Shown here: positions 49,481 through 60,227 of the stretch, one piece after another
Position numbering within the stretch: the stretch's first letter is position 1
Layout of the letters: each line of letters begins with the position of its first letter
Source: an uncultured Gammaproteobacteria bacterium
Lineage (GTDB): Bacteria; Patescibacteriota; Microgenomatia; Daviesbacterales; UBA10151
Direction: 5' to 3'
Assembly (NCBI GenBank): GCA_964459095.1
Contig: CAYWKL010000001.1
Coordinates: 21,253 to 85,252, forward strand
DNA length: 64,000 nucleotides
Notes under the pieces: model-generated
Database searches by the model: none
Told to the model about the DNA's origin: nothing
What the model saw: the letters and a program-made list of their open reading frames with translations, nothing else
Made by a program: the position numbers and the translations under genes

Positions 49481-50752
49481 TCATACATTTCCCAAATTCT
49501 TTTTTGAAAAAAATGAGTAAAAATAATAAGTGCAGGCCCCAACAAAAATACTTTGGATAATACTTCTTGAGAAATTATAATCTAAGCTTATATTTAGAGA
49601 CTGCCAAATACTGACTGAATCATATAAATTAGGCGCAATAGGAGAGAAAAGTCCTATTGTTAGTCCGGGATCAAAAAAGAAAAGGGAAGCAAACCAACTA
49701 AAAAGAATTAAACTTAAAGGAATTAAACTCTCAAATCCTGAACGGATTAGGTGAATTGCCAAAAATGGTGTTACCCATAGTAACCATTGAGGATGAAAGT
49801 GAGTAAAAATAAAAAAAGACAAAAGTATAATTAAAAAAATATTCCATAAGTTTTTTCTCTCAATACCCTTTATAGAGATAAAGATATAAAGAAATATTAA
49901 AAGGGTAGGAAAAAGTAATATTGACTCGCCTCCTGAAATTGGAACTGCGGCGTAAAAACTTTTCAAAGTTTGATTTGCTACTAACGCTGAGTTCTTGAAA
50001 CCACTTGAGCTTAAAAAGGGGAGTATGAGTATTATATAGGGAATTAGCCCTAAGAAAAAAATTCCTGCTCTTTCAAAAAAACTCTTTTTTATTAAGGCTA
50101 AGGATACTAAAAGAAAAAGTGGGTAGATTTTAAAAGCTATACCTAACCCTAAACTTATTGAGGCAAAAGACGTAAATTTTGAATATTGAGAGCGTGCTAC
50201 AAAGTAAATTGCCAAAATTGAAAAAAAAGTAGGGATAATATCAAATTGTCCCATCATATAAGTTGCATAAATATCAATTGGATTAAACATCCAAAACATA
50301 AGTATTAAAAACTTATCCTTTTTTTCTGTAAATAATTTCATTAATAAAAAGGCTACACTTAAATCAAAAATCAAATAGGGTATTTTGAGTGTCAAAAGAT
50401 GCACGAGAAGGGAAGAGGACAAAAGAGTATCTTTAATGTTGATTAAAAAGTTAATTCTAAACTCCTCACCTACAACTAAAGCAAAAGGTGCTCCAAAACC
50501 TCCAAGGAAAAAATATACAGCAGGGGGATAGTTAAAATTAAACTGCCCAAAGGTTTTATTTATTGGATTCCCCTTTGATAAATTTGGAAGATAATCATAA
50601 AAATTTAAAGGATTAGTTTTTGATAAAACATATCCACCTAGATCAAAAATTTGAATATCAGAGTGATAAGTAAAAGGGGAAATAAGCAACCTTAAAAGTA
50701 TACCTACTATTAAAATGGCAGCGAATTTGTTCACTATTAAATCATATAACAA
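49481..50752 (-). CDS. GT87/PIG-M-like GT-C glycosyltransferase
   Basis: TYHSD, FNYPP, LKIPYLIFD, WMFNP, GQFD, FKIYP, HPQWLLW; TTG start (alternative GTG at 50734). Confidence 0.75.
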   Translation of the reverse strand: MLYDLIVNKFAAILIVGILLRLLISPFTYHSDIQIFDLGGYVLSKTNPLNFYDYLPNLSKGNPINKTFGQFNFNYPPAVYFFLGGFGAPFALVVGEEFRINFLINIKDTLLSSSLLVHLLTLKIPYLIFDLSVAFLLMKLFTEKKDKFLILMFWMFNPIDIYATYMMGQFDIIPTFFSILAIYFVARSQYSKFTSFASISLGLGIAFKIYPLFLLVSLALIKKSFFERAGIFFLGLIPYIILILPFLSSSGFKNSALVANQTLKSFYAAVPISGGESILLFPTLLIFLYIFISIKGIERKNLWNIFLIILLSFFIFTHFHPQWLLWVTPFLAIHLIRSGFESLIPLSLILFSWFASLFFFDPGLTIGLFSPIAPNLYDSVSIWQSLNISLDYNFSRSIIQSIFVGACTYYFYSFFSKKNLGNV

Positions 50753-52418
50753 CTCTTTTAAATTTAGAACCCAAACTTATGAAAAACAAAGCAGTAATCA
50801 AAGATATAATTGAAACGATATCTAATGCCACTTTCCATGGTATTTCAGTAAAATAAATTCTTATTTTACTTTTCCCTGCTGGAATTTTCACGGTAATTTC
50901 ACCAAATTTTTCACCTGGGATGATTTTAGTTGGATTGTTATTCAACTGTGCAACCCAACCTGGAAAAAAATATTTATTAAATCTTAATATTCCAGAATTT
51001 GAGCTTTCTAGTAAAAATAAGTAATTAAATTCTGAATTCTTTCTTGTATTTATAATCTTAAGATCAGAGTAAGAAACAATAGGATAAAGTTTATTAGGTC
51101 TTACAGAAGTCTCCTTTGGAAGCCTTAGATATTCTTCTTGAGTGTCTTGATATTCAGTATTCGCCTTTGGGTAAGGGATATATCTTTTTAAATAATATTC
51201 GTCAGTTCTCCCAAGAAAATCTTCTGGTCTAAAGTAATTAAAACTTATAAGTATTGTTAGAAATATCAAAATTATTCCCGCTAAGTTAGAGTATTTAAAA
51301 AATTTAAATGGAATTATAAAAAATGGTAGGAAGAATGTTGTTAACATTAAAAAGCGCCAGGGAAACTGAAAATATGGGAAAAACGGAAAATTTGACCAAA
51401 TAAAACTTGACCTAAAATTCATCAAAAAAATTGCTATCAGAAGGGAAAGAATTGCCCAAATAAGAAGAGATTTCTCTGTTAAACTAGTTTTTTTCCAAAG
51501 TGATATTAACAACAATATACCTGTTATAAAGGCAAAAATACCTGGTAAACCGAGGAAAAACGAAATGCCATCATATGGGCCGGGGACTGAGGCACCATAC
51601 CCCCAGTACGGTTTAAAAAGTTGCAAAAGGGAAGGGAAGTGGTCAGCAAAATTAAACACAGTATCGTATTTCATTAACCTGCTCTCTGTTATTGCAGGCA
51701 ACCAAAAATAAATGCTCACTAATAGTCCAAGAAAAAAACCAAAGAAAGTTTCAACTAAAGGTTTTAGGGAAAATCTAACATTTATTAATCTTGTTAAACA
51801 AAATAAAAGAGCAAAAGGAATAAACATATACGCGCTTATATTGTGCGACAAGATAAGACCCCCTACTGATAGTGCACAAATCCCTATCCATTTAAGGTTT
51901 CTTTTTTGTTTTGTTATTTTTATTATTGAAAGAATAATTAAAGGTAAAAAAATAAAGGCAACTGTCTCCCCTATTGCCCCTCTTACATAAATATCTACTG
52001 CTCTGTATGGGGCATATATATAAATTAGTGCTCCTGCAAGAGATAAAAGCCTGCCGACAAACTCTCTAAGTAAAAAAAACATTGCAAATCCTGATGTAAA
52101 CAAACTTAAAGCAAAAACAGCTTTTATACTATCGACAAAGTTTAAGCTTAAAAGATGAAACATCTCACCAAAATAAAAAGGTAAGGGAAAAACAAAATTA
52201 AAAAGAGGGTAACCAAATCCAAAACTTAAATCTGGCACAAATCTTGGTGGAATCTGCCCAGCTCTTAGTGTTCTATCCATCTCAAAAAGCCAAGCAATAT
52301 GCAAATCGTCAGACGCTCCGTAGTACCCGGGTACAAGAAGTGAAAAAGTAGTTGGACTAATTAAAACAAACAGTAAAATCCACCAATATTTATTTAGAAA
52401 ATATTTTTTGCTTTCCAT
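50742..52418 (-). CDS. YfhO/PTPS-related GT-C membrane protein
   Basis: ASDD, PPRFVPDLSFGFGYPLF, YVRGA, QFPWRF, C-terminal YFPGW beta domain. Confidence 0.8.
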   Translation of the reverse strand: MESKKYFLNKYWWILLFVLISPTTFSLLVPGYYGASDDLHIAWLFEMDRTLRAGQIPPRFVPDLSFGFGYPLFNFVFPLPFYFGEMFHLLSLNFVDSIKAVFALSLFTSGFAMFFLLREFVGRLLSLAGALIYIYAPYRAVDIYVRGAIGETVAFIFLPLIILSIIKITKQKRNLKWIGICALSVGGLILSHNISAYMFIPFALLFCLTRLINVRFSLKPLVETFFGFFLGLLVSIYFWLPAITESRLMKYDTVFNFADHFPSLLQLFKPYWGYGASVPGPYDGISFFLGLPGIFAFITGILLLISLWKKTSLTEKSLLIWAILSLLIAIFLMNFRSSFIWSNFPFFPYFQFPWRFLMLTTFFLPFFIIPFKFFKYSNLAGIILIFLTILISFNYFRPEDFLGRTDEYYLKRYIPYPKANTEYQDTQEEYLRLPKETSVRPNKLYPIVSYSDLKIINTRKNSEFNYLFLLESSNSGILRFNKYFFPGWVAQLNNNPTKIIPGEKFGEITVKIPAGKSKIRIYFTEIPWKVALDIVSIISLITALFFISLGSKFKRVVI

Positions 52419-54072
52419 AAAAATAAATTAAAACTAAAAAGACCATTGTTAAAGCCGTTAGAATATTTGCAACTTCTCTAACTTTCGTATTCTCAAAAAT
52501 ACCCTTTATTTCATACTCTCCCTTTGGTAAATCTATTTCTATTCTTCCTAATAGATTGTTGTTTGAGTGGGTTATTTTTTTACCGTTTTCATAAACTGTC
52601 CAATTCGGAAAATCAAAAACTGGGATTTCTATTTTTGATTCTTTTTTTGCATCCGCATTGAATGAAAAATTGCTCGAGTGATTTGAGAAGTTAAATATTT
52701 TTGCATTACCTGATTTTACCAAAGGAGCGTCCGGGGCTTTTTCTCTTGGTTCATATGCAGTTTTAGGTAGATAATCTAATATTGCGGCTTTTTGTTGTTC
52801 TTCAAATAACTTTCCAGACAACTTTTGAGTATCAGTTAAATTATAAATTCTTTGTGGTCTAAAATATGTCCAGTTTAAAAAAATTACAGCTGATGAAATT
52901 GCGAAAAATATTAAAAGGGAGAACTTTTTTGGAAAAATACTAACAAAGAATCCTCCAAGTAAACTAGCTGAAAAAACTGATAAAGCCAAAAATCTCCAAG
53001 GAAACTGAGTAAATTGCAAAGTGTCAGAAAGCTCCCAAATAAATGCAGATTTGTTATGCATCATAAATACTGAAAATGAAAACATAGTAAGTCCAAACAA
53101 AACAATAAATAGATTTTTAATTCGTTCCCTTTTTCTTTGAAGGAAGAAAAAAATTAGCCCTAATATAGAAAGAGGGGCAAAAAACCACAAAGGCCATCCT
53201 ATTTGAAATGATATGGTATCTTTATCCCCAGGCACTGAAGCACCATACCCCCAGAACCTATCCAGAAAAATTTGCTTAATTGAAACAAAATGGGCCCTGA
53301 AATTTAAATCCCCTATCCTTAAGGAATCTGTATTAACTAAGTCTTTCTCAAAATACGCTGGAATAGTGAAAAATGCTGATAAACCAAATCCTCCCAAAAA
53401 GGCTAAAATTAGAAGTAGAGGATTTTTTCTTTCATAAATAATCCAAAAAATACACCAAAGAAAAATCCAAGGTAAAAATAAAATTGTCATTATTGTATGA
53501 CTGGTAAAAAATGCTCCTAATAATAAAGAACTAAATAAAAAATATTTGTAAGTATTTTTGTCTATTAATTTTAAAAGAATGTAAAAAAGTAAAGGAACTA
53601 GGGCAATTGCAAAACTTTCTGATAGTGCACCTCTTACATAAGTATCTAAAGCCCTGTATGGAGCGAACATAAATAAAACAGCACCTGTTACCCCAGAAAT
53701 TTTTCCCCAAAGATCTTTTACAAAAATATACATCCCTAACGAACCTATTATTAAAGGAATTAAAAAGAGTATTTTTGCTGAAATGATATATCCAAAAATG
53801 AAACTTAAAAATGCACCTACATAAAAGGAGAGAGGGTTGTAATAATTGTAAAGAGGGAATCCATTTCCAAACCCCATATCAGGAACCCATCTGCAGGGAA
53901 TTTGAAAATCAACCAAACATTTTCTCATCTCAAAAAGCCTCATAATTTGAAGATCATCATGGTGAGAAAAATAACCGGGGAGAAGAAGTGGCCAGATTGT
54001 GAGGATAACAAGAGTTGTTAAACAAAAGATCTCCCAGTTTTTAGTAAATCTTTTTTTTAGAGTAGTAAACAT
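52390..54072 (-). CDS. YfhO/PTPS-related GT-C membrane protein
   Basis: HHDD, PCRWVPDMGFGNGFP, YVRGALSE, QFPWRF, FPNW. Confidence 0.8.
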   Translation of the reverse strand: MFTTLKKRFTKNWEIFCLTTLVILTIWPLLLPGYFSHHDDLQIMRLFEMRKCLVDFQIPCRWVPDMGFGNGFPLYNYYNPLSFYVGAFLSFIFGYIISAKILFLIPLIIGSLGMYIFVKDLWGKISGVTGAVLFMFAPYRALDTYVRGALSESFAIALVPLLFYILLKLIDKNTYKYFLFSSLLLGAFFTSHTIMTILFLPWIFLWCIFWIIYERKNPLLLILAFLGGFGLSAFFTIPAYFEKDLVNTDSLRIGDLNFRAHFVSIKQIFLDRFWGYGASVPGDKDTISFQIGWPLWFFAPLSILGLIFFFLQRKRERIKNLFIVLFGLTMFSFSVFMMHNKSAFIWELSDTLQFTQFPWRFLALSVFSASLLGGFFVSIFPKKFSLLIFFAISSAVIFLNWTYFRPQRIYNLTDTQKLSGKLFEEQQKAAILDYLPKTAYEPREKAPDAPLVKSGNAKIFNFSNHSSNFSFNADAKKESKIEIPVFDFPNWTVYENGKKITHSNNNLLGRIEIDLPKGEYEIKGIFENTKVREVANILTALTMVFLVLIYFYGKQKIFSK

Positions 54073-55750
54073 AAAAAAGAAAAACTACAAATACTAAGCT
54101 GGTTAAGGTTAAATAATCTCCGATACTTCTAATGAAAGTATTTGTAAGTCTTGCTTCTATTATATGACGGCCAGGGCTAACATCAAAAGTAATTAAACCT
54201 AAACAAAACTCTTGCCTCCTACAATCATTATAAATGTGTTTTACTTCTTTCCCATCAATAAAAACTTTCATCCCTGGGAAATGAAATAAGGGAAGGCGCA
54301 ATCTAGATTTTTCGAAAACTAAAATTTCTCCTTTCTGCGAACTGGCTTTTTTTACATAACTAATAAAATCAACATCACCACTCATTACCTCGGGCAATTT
54401 CGGAGCTTTTTCTATTGGAGGAAGTTTTGCATAAATTGGTAAGTAGTCAAAAATACTAATTGTTAATTGTTTCTCCCAAAGGTTTCCTGAGAATTTATCT
54501 TTGTCAGAAATATTTAACCATTTTAAAGGTTGAAAAAAGCTTGCGTACATAACAAATGCAATAACTACTGATAGTATCCCAACAACTAAAGAAGCTATAT
54601 TACTTTTTTTAAAATGCAGTTTAGAAATTTGATAAATTGAGATTGCGCTTAATGCGGAGAGTAAAAAAATACTGACTGCATTAAATCTCCATGGAAACTG
54701 CAGGTAAGTTAAGAAGGGAATTGGCGACCAAAGAAAAGAAGATTTTTGGTGCATCATAAAAAGAACCAAAAGTTCAACCATTGATAAAACAAAAGTAAGT
54801 ATTGCCAATTCCTTATTTTTCCTAAAATTTACAATCCCTAGAATTACCGCTAATAAAGAAAGAACCCACTGAACATGCCCGGTTGTTAGGGATAAATCGT
54901 CTCCAGGCCCTAAATAAGAAGATCCAAACCCCCAGTGATTTGAGATAAACAATTGATAAACGTCCACAAAGTGTTGTCTATAATCAAAATACCCTCCTAA
55001 AAGGGACTCTGTATGAGCAAATTGTCTCTCAAATAAAACAGGTAATGTAAAAAAAGCGGCAAGTCCTAAGCCAAAAAGCCCTGACAAACCAATTTTAATA
55101 GTCTCTTTCCATTTTTTTTCTAAAATTATTAAAGATAAAATCCAAATTCCTAAAACAGGAAAAAATATCAAAGACATTAAGTTATGGGTTGTAAGTAGAA
55201 GTGCAACAGATATTGCAAAAAAACAAAAATAATTTAATCCTCTTTTCTTGATTAGCATATAAGATGACCAAAAAAGTAATGGAAAAAAGACTAACGCCCA
55301 AAACTCACTCATTGCTCCCCTTACATAAACCTCAACTGCTTTATAAGGAATATATGTATAAAGAAGGGTTCCAACAAATCCCGGCCAAATACCTAAAAAA
55401 TTTCTCAAAAACAAAAACATTGCAAAAGCACTAAAGACAAACCCCACTGCAAAAAGTATTTTTACAGAATCTATAAATTGGAATCCTATTAAGTGAATTA
55501 TTTCTCCTAGATAATAAACACCTGGAGGGTAATATATAAATTGCGGGTAACCGTACTGATAACCTGGATCAGGAACCCATCTACAAGGAAATTGTAATTC
55601 TTGAAAGCATTTGTCCATTTCAAAAATCCTAAAAGCTTGCAGATCATCTTGCATTGGGAAAAATCCTGGGCGCACCAAGCTATAAAAGGTAGGAATTGTA
55701 AAAATAAAAAGTAAAATCCAAACAAAGATCTTAGGTTTTAAGATATTCAT
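54041..55750 (-). CDS. YfhO/PTPS-related GT-C membrane protein
   Basis: MQDD, PCRWVPDPGYQYGYP, YVRGAMSE, QFPWRF, FPGM. Confidence 0.8.
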   Translation of the reverse strand: MNILKPKIFVWILLFIFTIPTFYSLVRPGFFPMQDDLQAFRIFEMDKCFQELQFPCRWVPDPGYQYGYPQFIYYPPGVYYLGEIIHLIGFQFIDSVKILFAVGFVFSAFAMFLFLRNFLGIWPGFVGTLLYTYIPYKAVEVYVRGAMSEFWALVFFPLLFWSSYMLIKKRGLNYFCFFAISVALLLTTHNLMSLIFFPVLGIWILSLIILEKKWKETIKIGLSGLFGLGLAAFFTLPVLFERQFAHTESLLGGYFDYRQHFVDVYQLFISNHWGFGSSYLGPGDDLSLTTGHVQWVLSLLAVILGIVNFRKNKELAILTFVLSMVELLVLFMMHQKSSFLWSPIPFLTYLQFPWRFNAVSIFLLSALSAISIYQISKLHFKKSNIASLVVGILSVVIAFVMYASFFQPLKWLNISDKDKFSGNLWEKQLTISIFDYLPIYAKLPPIEKAPKLPEVMSGDVDFISYVKKASSQKGEILVFEKSRLRLPLFHFPGMKVFIDGKEVKHIYNDCRRQEFCLGLITFDVSPGRHIIEARLTNTFIRSIGDYLTLTSLVFVVFLFYVYYSKKKIY

Positions 55751-57258
55751 TTTGCAGGTGTTACTTTAAAAAGTAAAATTGATAAAGGAGGTGCTTTAAA
55801 ACCCTCTGCTTTAGGATAATCTTTAATCAGAGTAAATCCCTCTTCAAAATTAGATAGGTTCTGAGCGTTAGCTACATAAAAAGTGGGAACTTCTTTTGCA
55901 GTTATCCTTAAATCCTTAGGAAAATCCTTATTGCTTGGGGCAATTTTAATATTGGTATTTTTATCCAAATAAATTTGTAGGCCATCTGGCAGAGTCCCGA
56001 ATGTCCCTTGTGCTCCAACAACAATTTCCCTACCGCCTGACTCACTTTTCAAATAATTTGCTATTTCCTTTAAACCATAACCAGCTGTCCAGTCCTCTAG
56101 ATACCCTCTTCTTTCGTTTTTGGGTAAGGGGGTTTTTGAGGGATTAGCTAAAACATAATAATTAAAATAAGCAGTTTGAGGAAGAATTAGTAAAAGAAAG
56201 ATCAAAATCTTAATCAATGATTTTATTTTTAACTTTCTGTCTATTTCAGATATTACCCAGGCCGCTATAACAAGAAGCGGGGGGATTGAAAATAAAATAT
56301 ACCTTGCTGTAAAAGTTCTTAAGAATGCCATTTCAATAAGTAGCGGAATTAGCGCCCAAGCGCAAACAGCTAAAGCACTTCTGTTTCTTAAAACAAAACT
56401 TAAAAAAATTCCTGAAATAATAAGGACCAAAATAGGTATTGTTATTATTTTAGGAAACCAGTCTATTAAATCATTTAAATGAGGTATAAAAGGATCCAGG
56501 GGTCTTGGTATCAATTCCTGGACAGAAAAGATATAGTCTTGATTTCTTAAGCTTAATGAAGAAAATCCTGGCCCAAGTCTTAAAAGATTGTACATCATCA
56601 ACCCAATCAGAATAGAAACAATAAAAAATCCAATTGATTTAAAAAATCTCTTAGTTAAAATTCTTTTTGAAAAATTAAAGGTAAAAAAAACTGCAGGGAT
56701 AGATAAAAAATTAAACATTCCTGGAGTTTTAGTTAAATAACCTCCTCCTAAAATAAATCCTAAAATCAAGCTTAAGTCGAGTCTTGGATTTTTAATAAGT
56801 AAAAGAGAAAAAATTAAGGCCCAAATTGAAAAAAAAGAAAGCATTGAATCAACCAAAGCCATCCTGTCAAAAAAGATCACCATAGGAGTTATAACTATTA
56901 AAAAACCTGCCCAAAGTCCTACTTGTCTGTTAAAAAATTTCCAACCTAAAAATATTGCTCCTAAAAAAGTTAATAAACCTGAAAAAACTGAAAGTATTCT
57001 CCCTGCAAATAAAGGATCTGAAAAAACTTTAAACATTGGCATCAATACCCACATAAAAAGTGGTGTTTTCCCATCAGATAAAGGAAGAAATCGCAAAGTT
57101 GGCTCTGCTCTCATAACTTGTGCCCATCTTATATAGATTGCCTCATCTGCAAAAATTGGCTGAAGAGTTAAATTAGGGAGTCTTAAGACAAAATATGAAA
57201 TACAAAGAAAAAATAAAATAATTAAAGAAAATTTATTTTTTTTAAAAAAATAGCGCAT
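55747..57258 (-). CDS. ArnT/PMT-like GT-C glycosyltransferase
   Basis: PIFADEAIYIRWAQ, DGKTPLFMW, FDRMALVDS, TARY, WTAGYG; start set to ATG 57258. Confidence 0.85.
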   Translation of the reverse strand: MRYFFKKNKFSLIILFFLCISYFVLRLPNLTLQPIFADEAIYIRWAQVMRAEPTLRFLPLSDGKTPLFMWVLMPMFKVFSDPLFAGRILSVFSGLLTFLGAIFLGWKFFNRQVGLWAGFLIVITPMVIFFDRMALVDSMLSFFSIWALIFSLLLIKNPRLDLSLILGFILGGGYLTKTPGMFNFLSIPAVFFTFNFSKRILTKRFFKSIGFFIVSILIGLMMYNLLRLGPGFSSLSLRNQDYIFSVQELIPRPLDPFIPHLNDLIDWFPKIITIPILVLIISGIFLSFVLRNRSALAVCAWALIPLLIEMAFLRTFTARYILFSIPPLLVIAAWVISEIDRKLKIKSLIKILIFLLLILPQTAYFNYYVLANPSKTPLPKNERRGYLEDWTAGYGLKEIANYLKSESGGREIVVGAQGTFGTLPDGLQIYLDKNTNIKIAPSNKDFPKDLRITAKEVPTFYVANAQNLSNFEEGFTLIKDYPKAEGFKAPPLSILLFKVTPAK

Positions 57259-57259
57259 T

Positions 57260-58006
57260 TTAACTGTATCTTCCAACTAAATCATTTATCCTAATTCTGA
57301 ACATATCATAAATTGCGGCCAGAGCATCTTTTACAACTTGCACTCTTTCTGTATCTACATAATTCCAGGTAACTTCAACTTCTGCAATTTTAAACCCGTA
57401 TTTTTTTGCCAAATATAAAAGTTCTACGTCAAAGCCAGCATTAACTGCCCCACCGCTAAAGTGTACTACTCCCCACTCTTTTTCTATTTTGGGAATAATT
57501 TTATCAATTGAGGATCTGTTAAAAGCTTTAAAACCACACTGCGTATCTGAAAAAGGTAATCCTAAAATTATTCCTCTTAAAACTGAGAAACCCCAAGCTG
57601 CAATAACTCGAATTGCTGGGGCTCCTTTTCTTCCTTTTCTTGATCCGATCACTAAATTAAAACCATCTTCAAACTTAGGGAGAAATTTTTCTATTTCAGA
57701 AATTGGAGTAGCTTGATCCATATCTGTAAAAAGCACAATTTCTCCTTTTGATCTGAGTAAACCTGTTAAAACTGCTTTTGCCTTACCACCATGAGAATTT
57801 TCTATCAACCTAAAGTTTTGATATTTTTTTGTTTCCTCGTTTATAAGTTCTATCGAATCATCACTAGACCCATCATCAACAACAATTATCTCATATGTGT
57901 ATTTCTGATCCTTTAAGTAGTCAAAAACTTTCTCTAAACTTCCTTTCCTTATATTACTTGCTTCATTGTAGGAAGGTATAACAATTGACAGAATTACTTT
58001 TTCCAT
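57260..58006 (-). CDS. GT2, dolichyl-phosphate glucosyltransferase (ALG5/DPG)-like
   Basis: IPSYNE, VDDGSSD, HGGKAKAV, FTDMDQATP, DTQCGFK, FDVELL. Confidence 0.85.
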   Translation of the reverse strand: MEKVILSIVIPSYNEASNIRKGSLEKVFDYLKDQKYTYEIIVVDDGSSDDSIELINEETKKYQNFRLIENSHGGKAKAVLTGLLRSKGEIVLFTDMDQATPISEIEKFLPKFEDGFNLVIGSRKGRKGAPAIRVIAAWGFSVLRGIILGLPFSDTQCGFKAFNRSSIDKIIPKIEKEWGVVHFSGGAVNAGFDVELLYLAKKYGFKIAEVEVTWNYVDTERVQVVKDALAAIYDMFRIRINDLVGRYS

Positions 58007-59503
58007 TTAATTAGGACTACCTCCTGGGTTAGGAACTAACTTAAAAACTTTTACCCCATCAACATTTTCCTCATTTTCTATTTTTGCATATCCAAAAGCA
58101 GATATCTCATATTTAGGGTGGTTTATTGGGTTACACACTTTATCCTCACAAACAACAAAAAGCTGGCCAGTGTTAGCCTCGCTTAAATGTTTTGGAGGGT
58201 TCCCTAATTTGTAAAGATAAAATTGATAAGCTGAGTCATAATTTCTCTCTGCAATTAAAGCAAAATTAAAGGCTTCACCTTTTGATTTTTTAAATATATA
58301 TTCTGAGATCATTTTTGTTTTTAGGTATTGATTATTTGGAGGAATAAATAATGGGCTATTTATTAAGCTGATATAACCAACAACTAATATAGCTAAAACA
58401 ACAAATGGAAATTTAAAAGGTTTCTTAATTATAAAAATAAATGCGCCTAGTAGTAGATAAGGTGTCGGATTTAAAAAACCTAAGTAATGATCATAAACAG
58501 CTTGTCTATAAAGGGAAAGTCCTATTAAACCAAAAACCAACCAGCAACTTAATAGCAAAATAGGGTAATTAATTTTTTTGTATCTAACGAAGTTATATAA
58601 ATTGGTAAAAATCGGGATAGCAATGATTACGGACAGTACCCAAATTACAAAACTTATACCTGAAGCTATATACCTTCCAATTAAATTATCTGAATAGATT
58701 GGCAAAAACCTAATAATTGGCGAAGCCAGCTCTTTATCTATTGGGGTCTCTTTTCCAGAAATTATATTCATTAAGGATCGAAAATTTAAAAAATTATACT
58801 TAAAATCAAAAATTACAAGGGGCAGCATTAAAAAAATAAACGAAAGTATCCCGAGTGAAGTTCCTAAAAATAAAGACTTTTTAGGCAATTTTCTTGATGC
58901 TTCATAAAAATAAAAAACTATTATTGTAGGAAGTAATAGAAGAGCTAAATAGTGCATTTGGATTGCAAAAGCGAACGCTATTCCTATTAAAACAAACCAT
59001 CTAAAATCGCCAGTTTTATGGATTTTATACAAACCAAGAATTACAAGGGAGGCAAAAAAAGGTTCAGGGTTAGGATTCCATGAGGATTTAGAATAAATTA
59101 TATTTACTGGTGAAATTGAATAAGTTAAAGATGCTAGTATGGCTGGCAAAAATCCAAACCAAGATCTTGAAAGATAATAAATCAGAACAACAGTTAAACT
59201 GCCAATTAGTGCAACCATTCCTGCTGCTCCAACTGGATCAAGCCAAAAAATTGCCATAGGAACACTCATCATGTAGTAATAAAGAGGGCCTAAATACATA
59301 TTTCCTACTGAAGTAGGGGGACCAAGCAAAGGATAATCTTTGTCCACTAAAATTTTCTTAACCACCAAAGCGTCTCTTCCTTCATCACCTAAAAAGGTCA
59401 TGTACTCATCCAGACGATAAAAACGAAAGAAAATAGTGATAAGAATTATTAGTGCAAAAACTAAAACTTCTAATTTATGTTTATTTATTTTTTCGATAAT
59501 CAT
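58007..59503 (-). CDS. ArnT-like GT-C glycosyltransferase (paralog of 36875..38362)
   Basis: FLGDEGRD, LLGPPTSVGNMYLGPLYYY, SWNPN, QMHY, YDHY. Confidence 0.85.
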   Translation of the reverse strand: MIIEKINKHKLEVLVFALIILITIFFRFYRLDEYMTFLGDEGRDALVVKKILVDKDYPLLGPPTSVGNMYLGPLYYYMMSVPMAIFWLDPVGAAGMVALIGSLTVVLIYYLSRSWFGFLPAILASLTYSISPVNIIYSKSSWNPNPEPFFASLVILGLYKIHKTGDFRWFVLIGIAFAFAIQMHYLALLLLPTIIVFYFYEASRKLPKKSLFLGTSLGILSFIFLMLPLVIFDFKYNFLNFRSLMNIISGKETPIDKELASPIIRFLPIYSDNLIGRYIASGISFVIWVLSVIIAIPIFTNLYNFVRYKKINYPILLLSCWLVFGLIGLSLYRQAVYDHYLGFLNPTPYLLLGAFIFIIKKPFKFPFVVLAILVVGYISLINSPLFIPPNNQYLKTKMISEYIFKKSKGEAFNFALIAERNYDSAYQFYLYKLGNPPKHLSEANTGQLFVVCEDKVCNPINHPKYEISAFGYAKIENEENVDGVKVFKLVPNPGGSPN

Positions 59504-60204
59504 CTTAGGCGGTATTTAATCCAAAATTTGACCAAATCAATAAAAGAATTAATTATGACTTTTAAACTTGCTCCAGTTGGTTTGCCGAAAAGCCTTGGAT
59601 AGTGATTTACACCAATTTGAACAATATTAAATCCATATTTTTCTGCCTTTATAACAAGCTCTGCATTAATCATCCCCCCTCTTGTTGACTCAAGGTGAGG
59701 AATTGTGTCTAGGAATCTCTTACTTACTATTTTAAAACCGCAGTCTACATCCTTGAGCTTTAATCCAAAAAAAATAAAAAGTAAAATTGCCCACCCTTTT
59801 GCGATTACTAAACGAATAAACGGATCATTTCTTTTTATTCTATATCCAATGATTAAATCTGCCTCAAAAGTTTTGTCTATAAATTTAGTTACCTCAGAAA
59901 AATCAAACTGTCCGTCAGCGTCCGTGTATGTAATCCAATCAAATTTGGATTGATAAAATCCAGCCTGCAGCGCAGCACCATACCCTCCATTTCTTTGATG
60001 AATCACCTTAATTTTGTCGTGTTTTTTAGCGTAGTTTTCTGCTTTTTCCCCTGTTTTGTCTCTTGAGCCATCATCAACAACAATTATCTCGTAGTCCTCA
60101 AGGTCAAGATTTTCCAGCACTTTTTGGGCTTTTTCAACAGTTGAAACAATATTCCCCTCTTCATTAAAGCATGGAAAAAAGACAGAAAGCTTTTGAACAG
60201 ACAT
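59500..60204 (-). CDS. GT2 polyprenyl-phosphate glycosyltransferase-like
   Basis: FPCFNEE, VDDGSRD, NGGYGAAL, DADGQF, DVDCGFK; start set to ATG 60204. Confidence 0.85.
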   Translation of the reverse strand: MSVQKLSVFFPCFNEEGNIVSTVEKAQKVLENLDLEDYEIIVVDDGSRDKTGEKAENYAKKHDKIKVIHQRNGGYGAALQAGFYQSKFDWITYTDADGQFDFSEVTKFIDKTFEADLIIGYRIKRNDPFIRLVIAKGWAILLFIFFGLKLKDVDCGFKIVSKRFLDTIPHLESTRGGMINAELVIKAEKYGFNIVQIGVNHYPRLFGKPTGASLKVIINSFIDLVKFWIKYRLR

Positions 60205-60227
60205 GTTTACTATGCTAACATCAAATT
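60205..60227. promoter_or_regulatory. 23-bp bidirectional promoter with two overlapping extended -10 elements
   Basis: Plus: TGcTAACAT 60213-60221, 6 nt before GTG 60228. Minus: TGtTAGCAT 60220-60212, 7 nt before ATG 60204. Confidence 0.6.

Noticed and set aside
50742-55750. Pterin/queuosine biosynthesis implied by the 'PTPS-related' family name
   Set aside because: These are polytopic membrane proteins with GT-C features, with no T-fold PTPS motifs.
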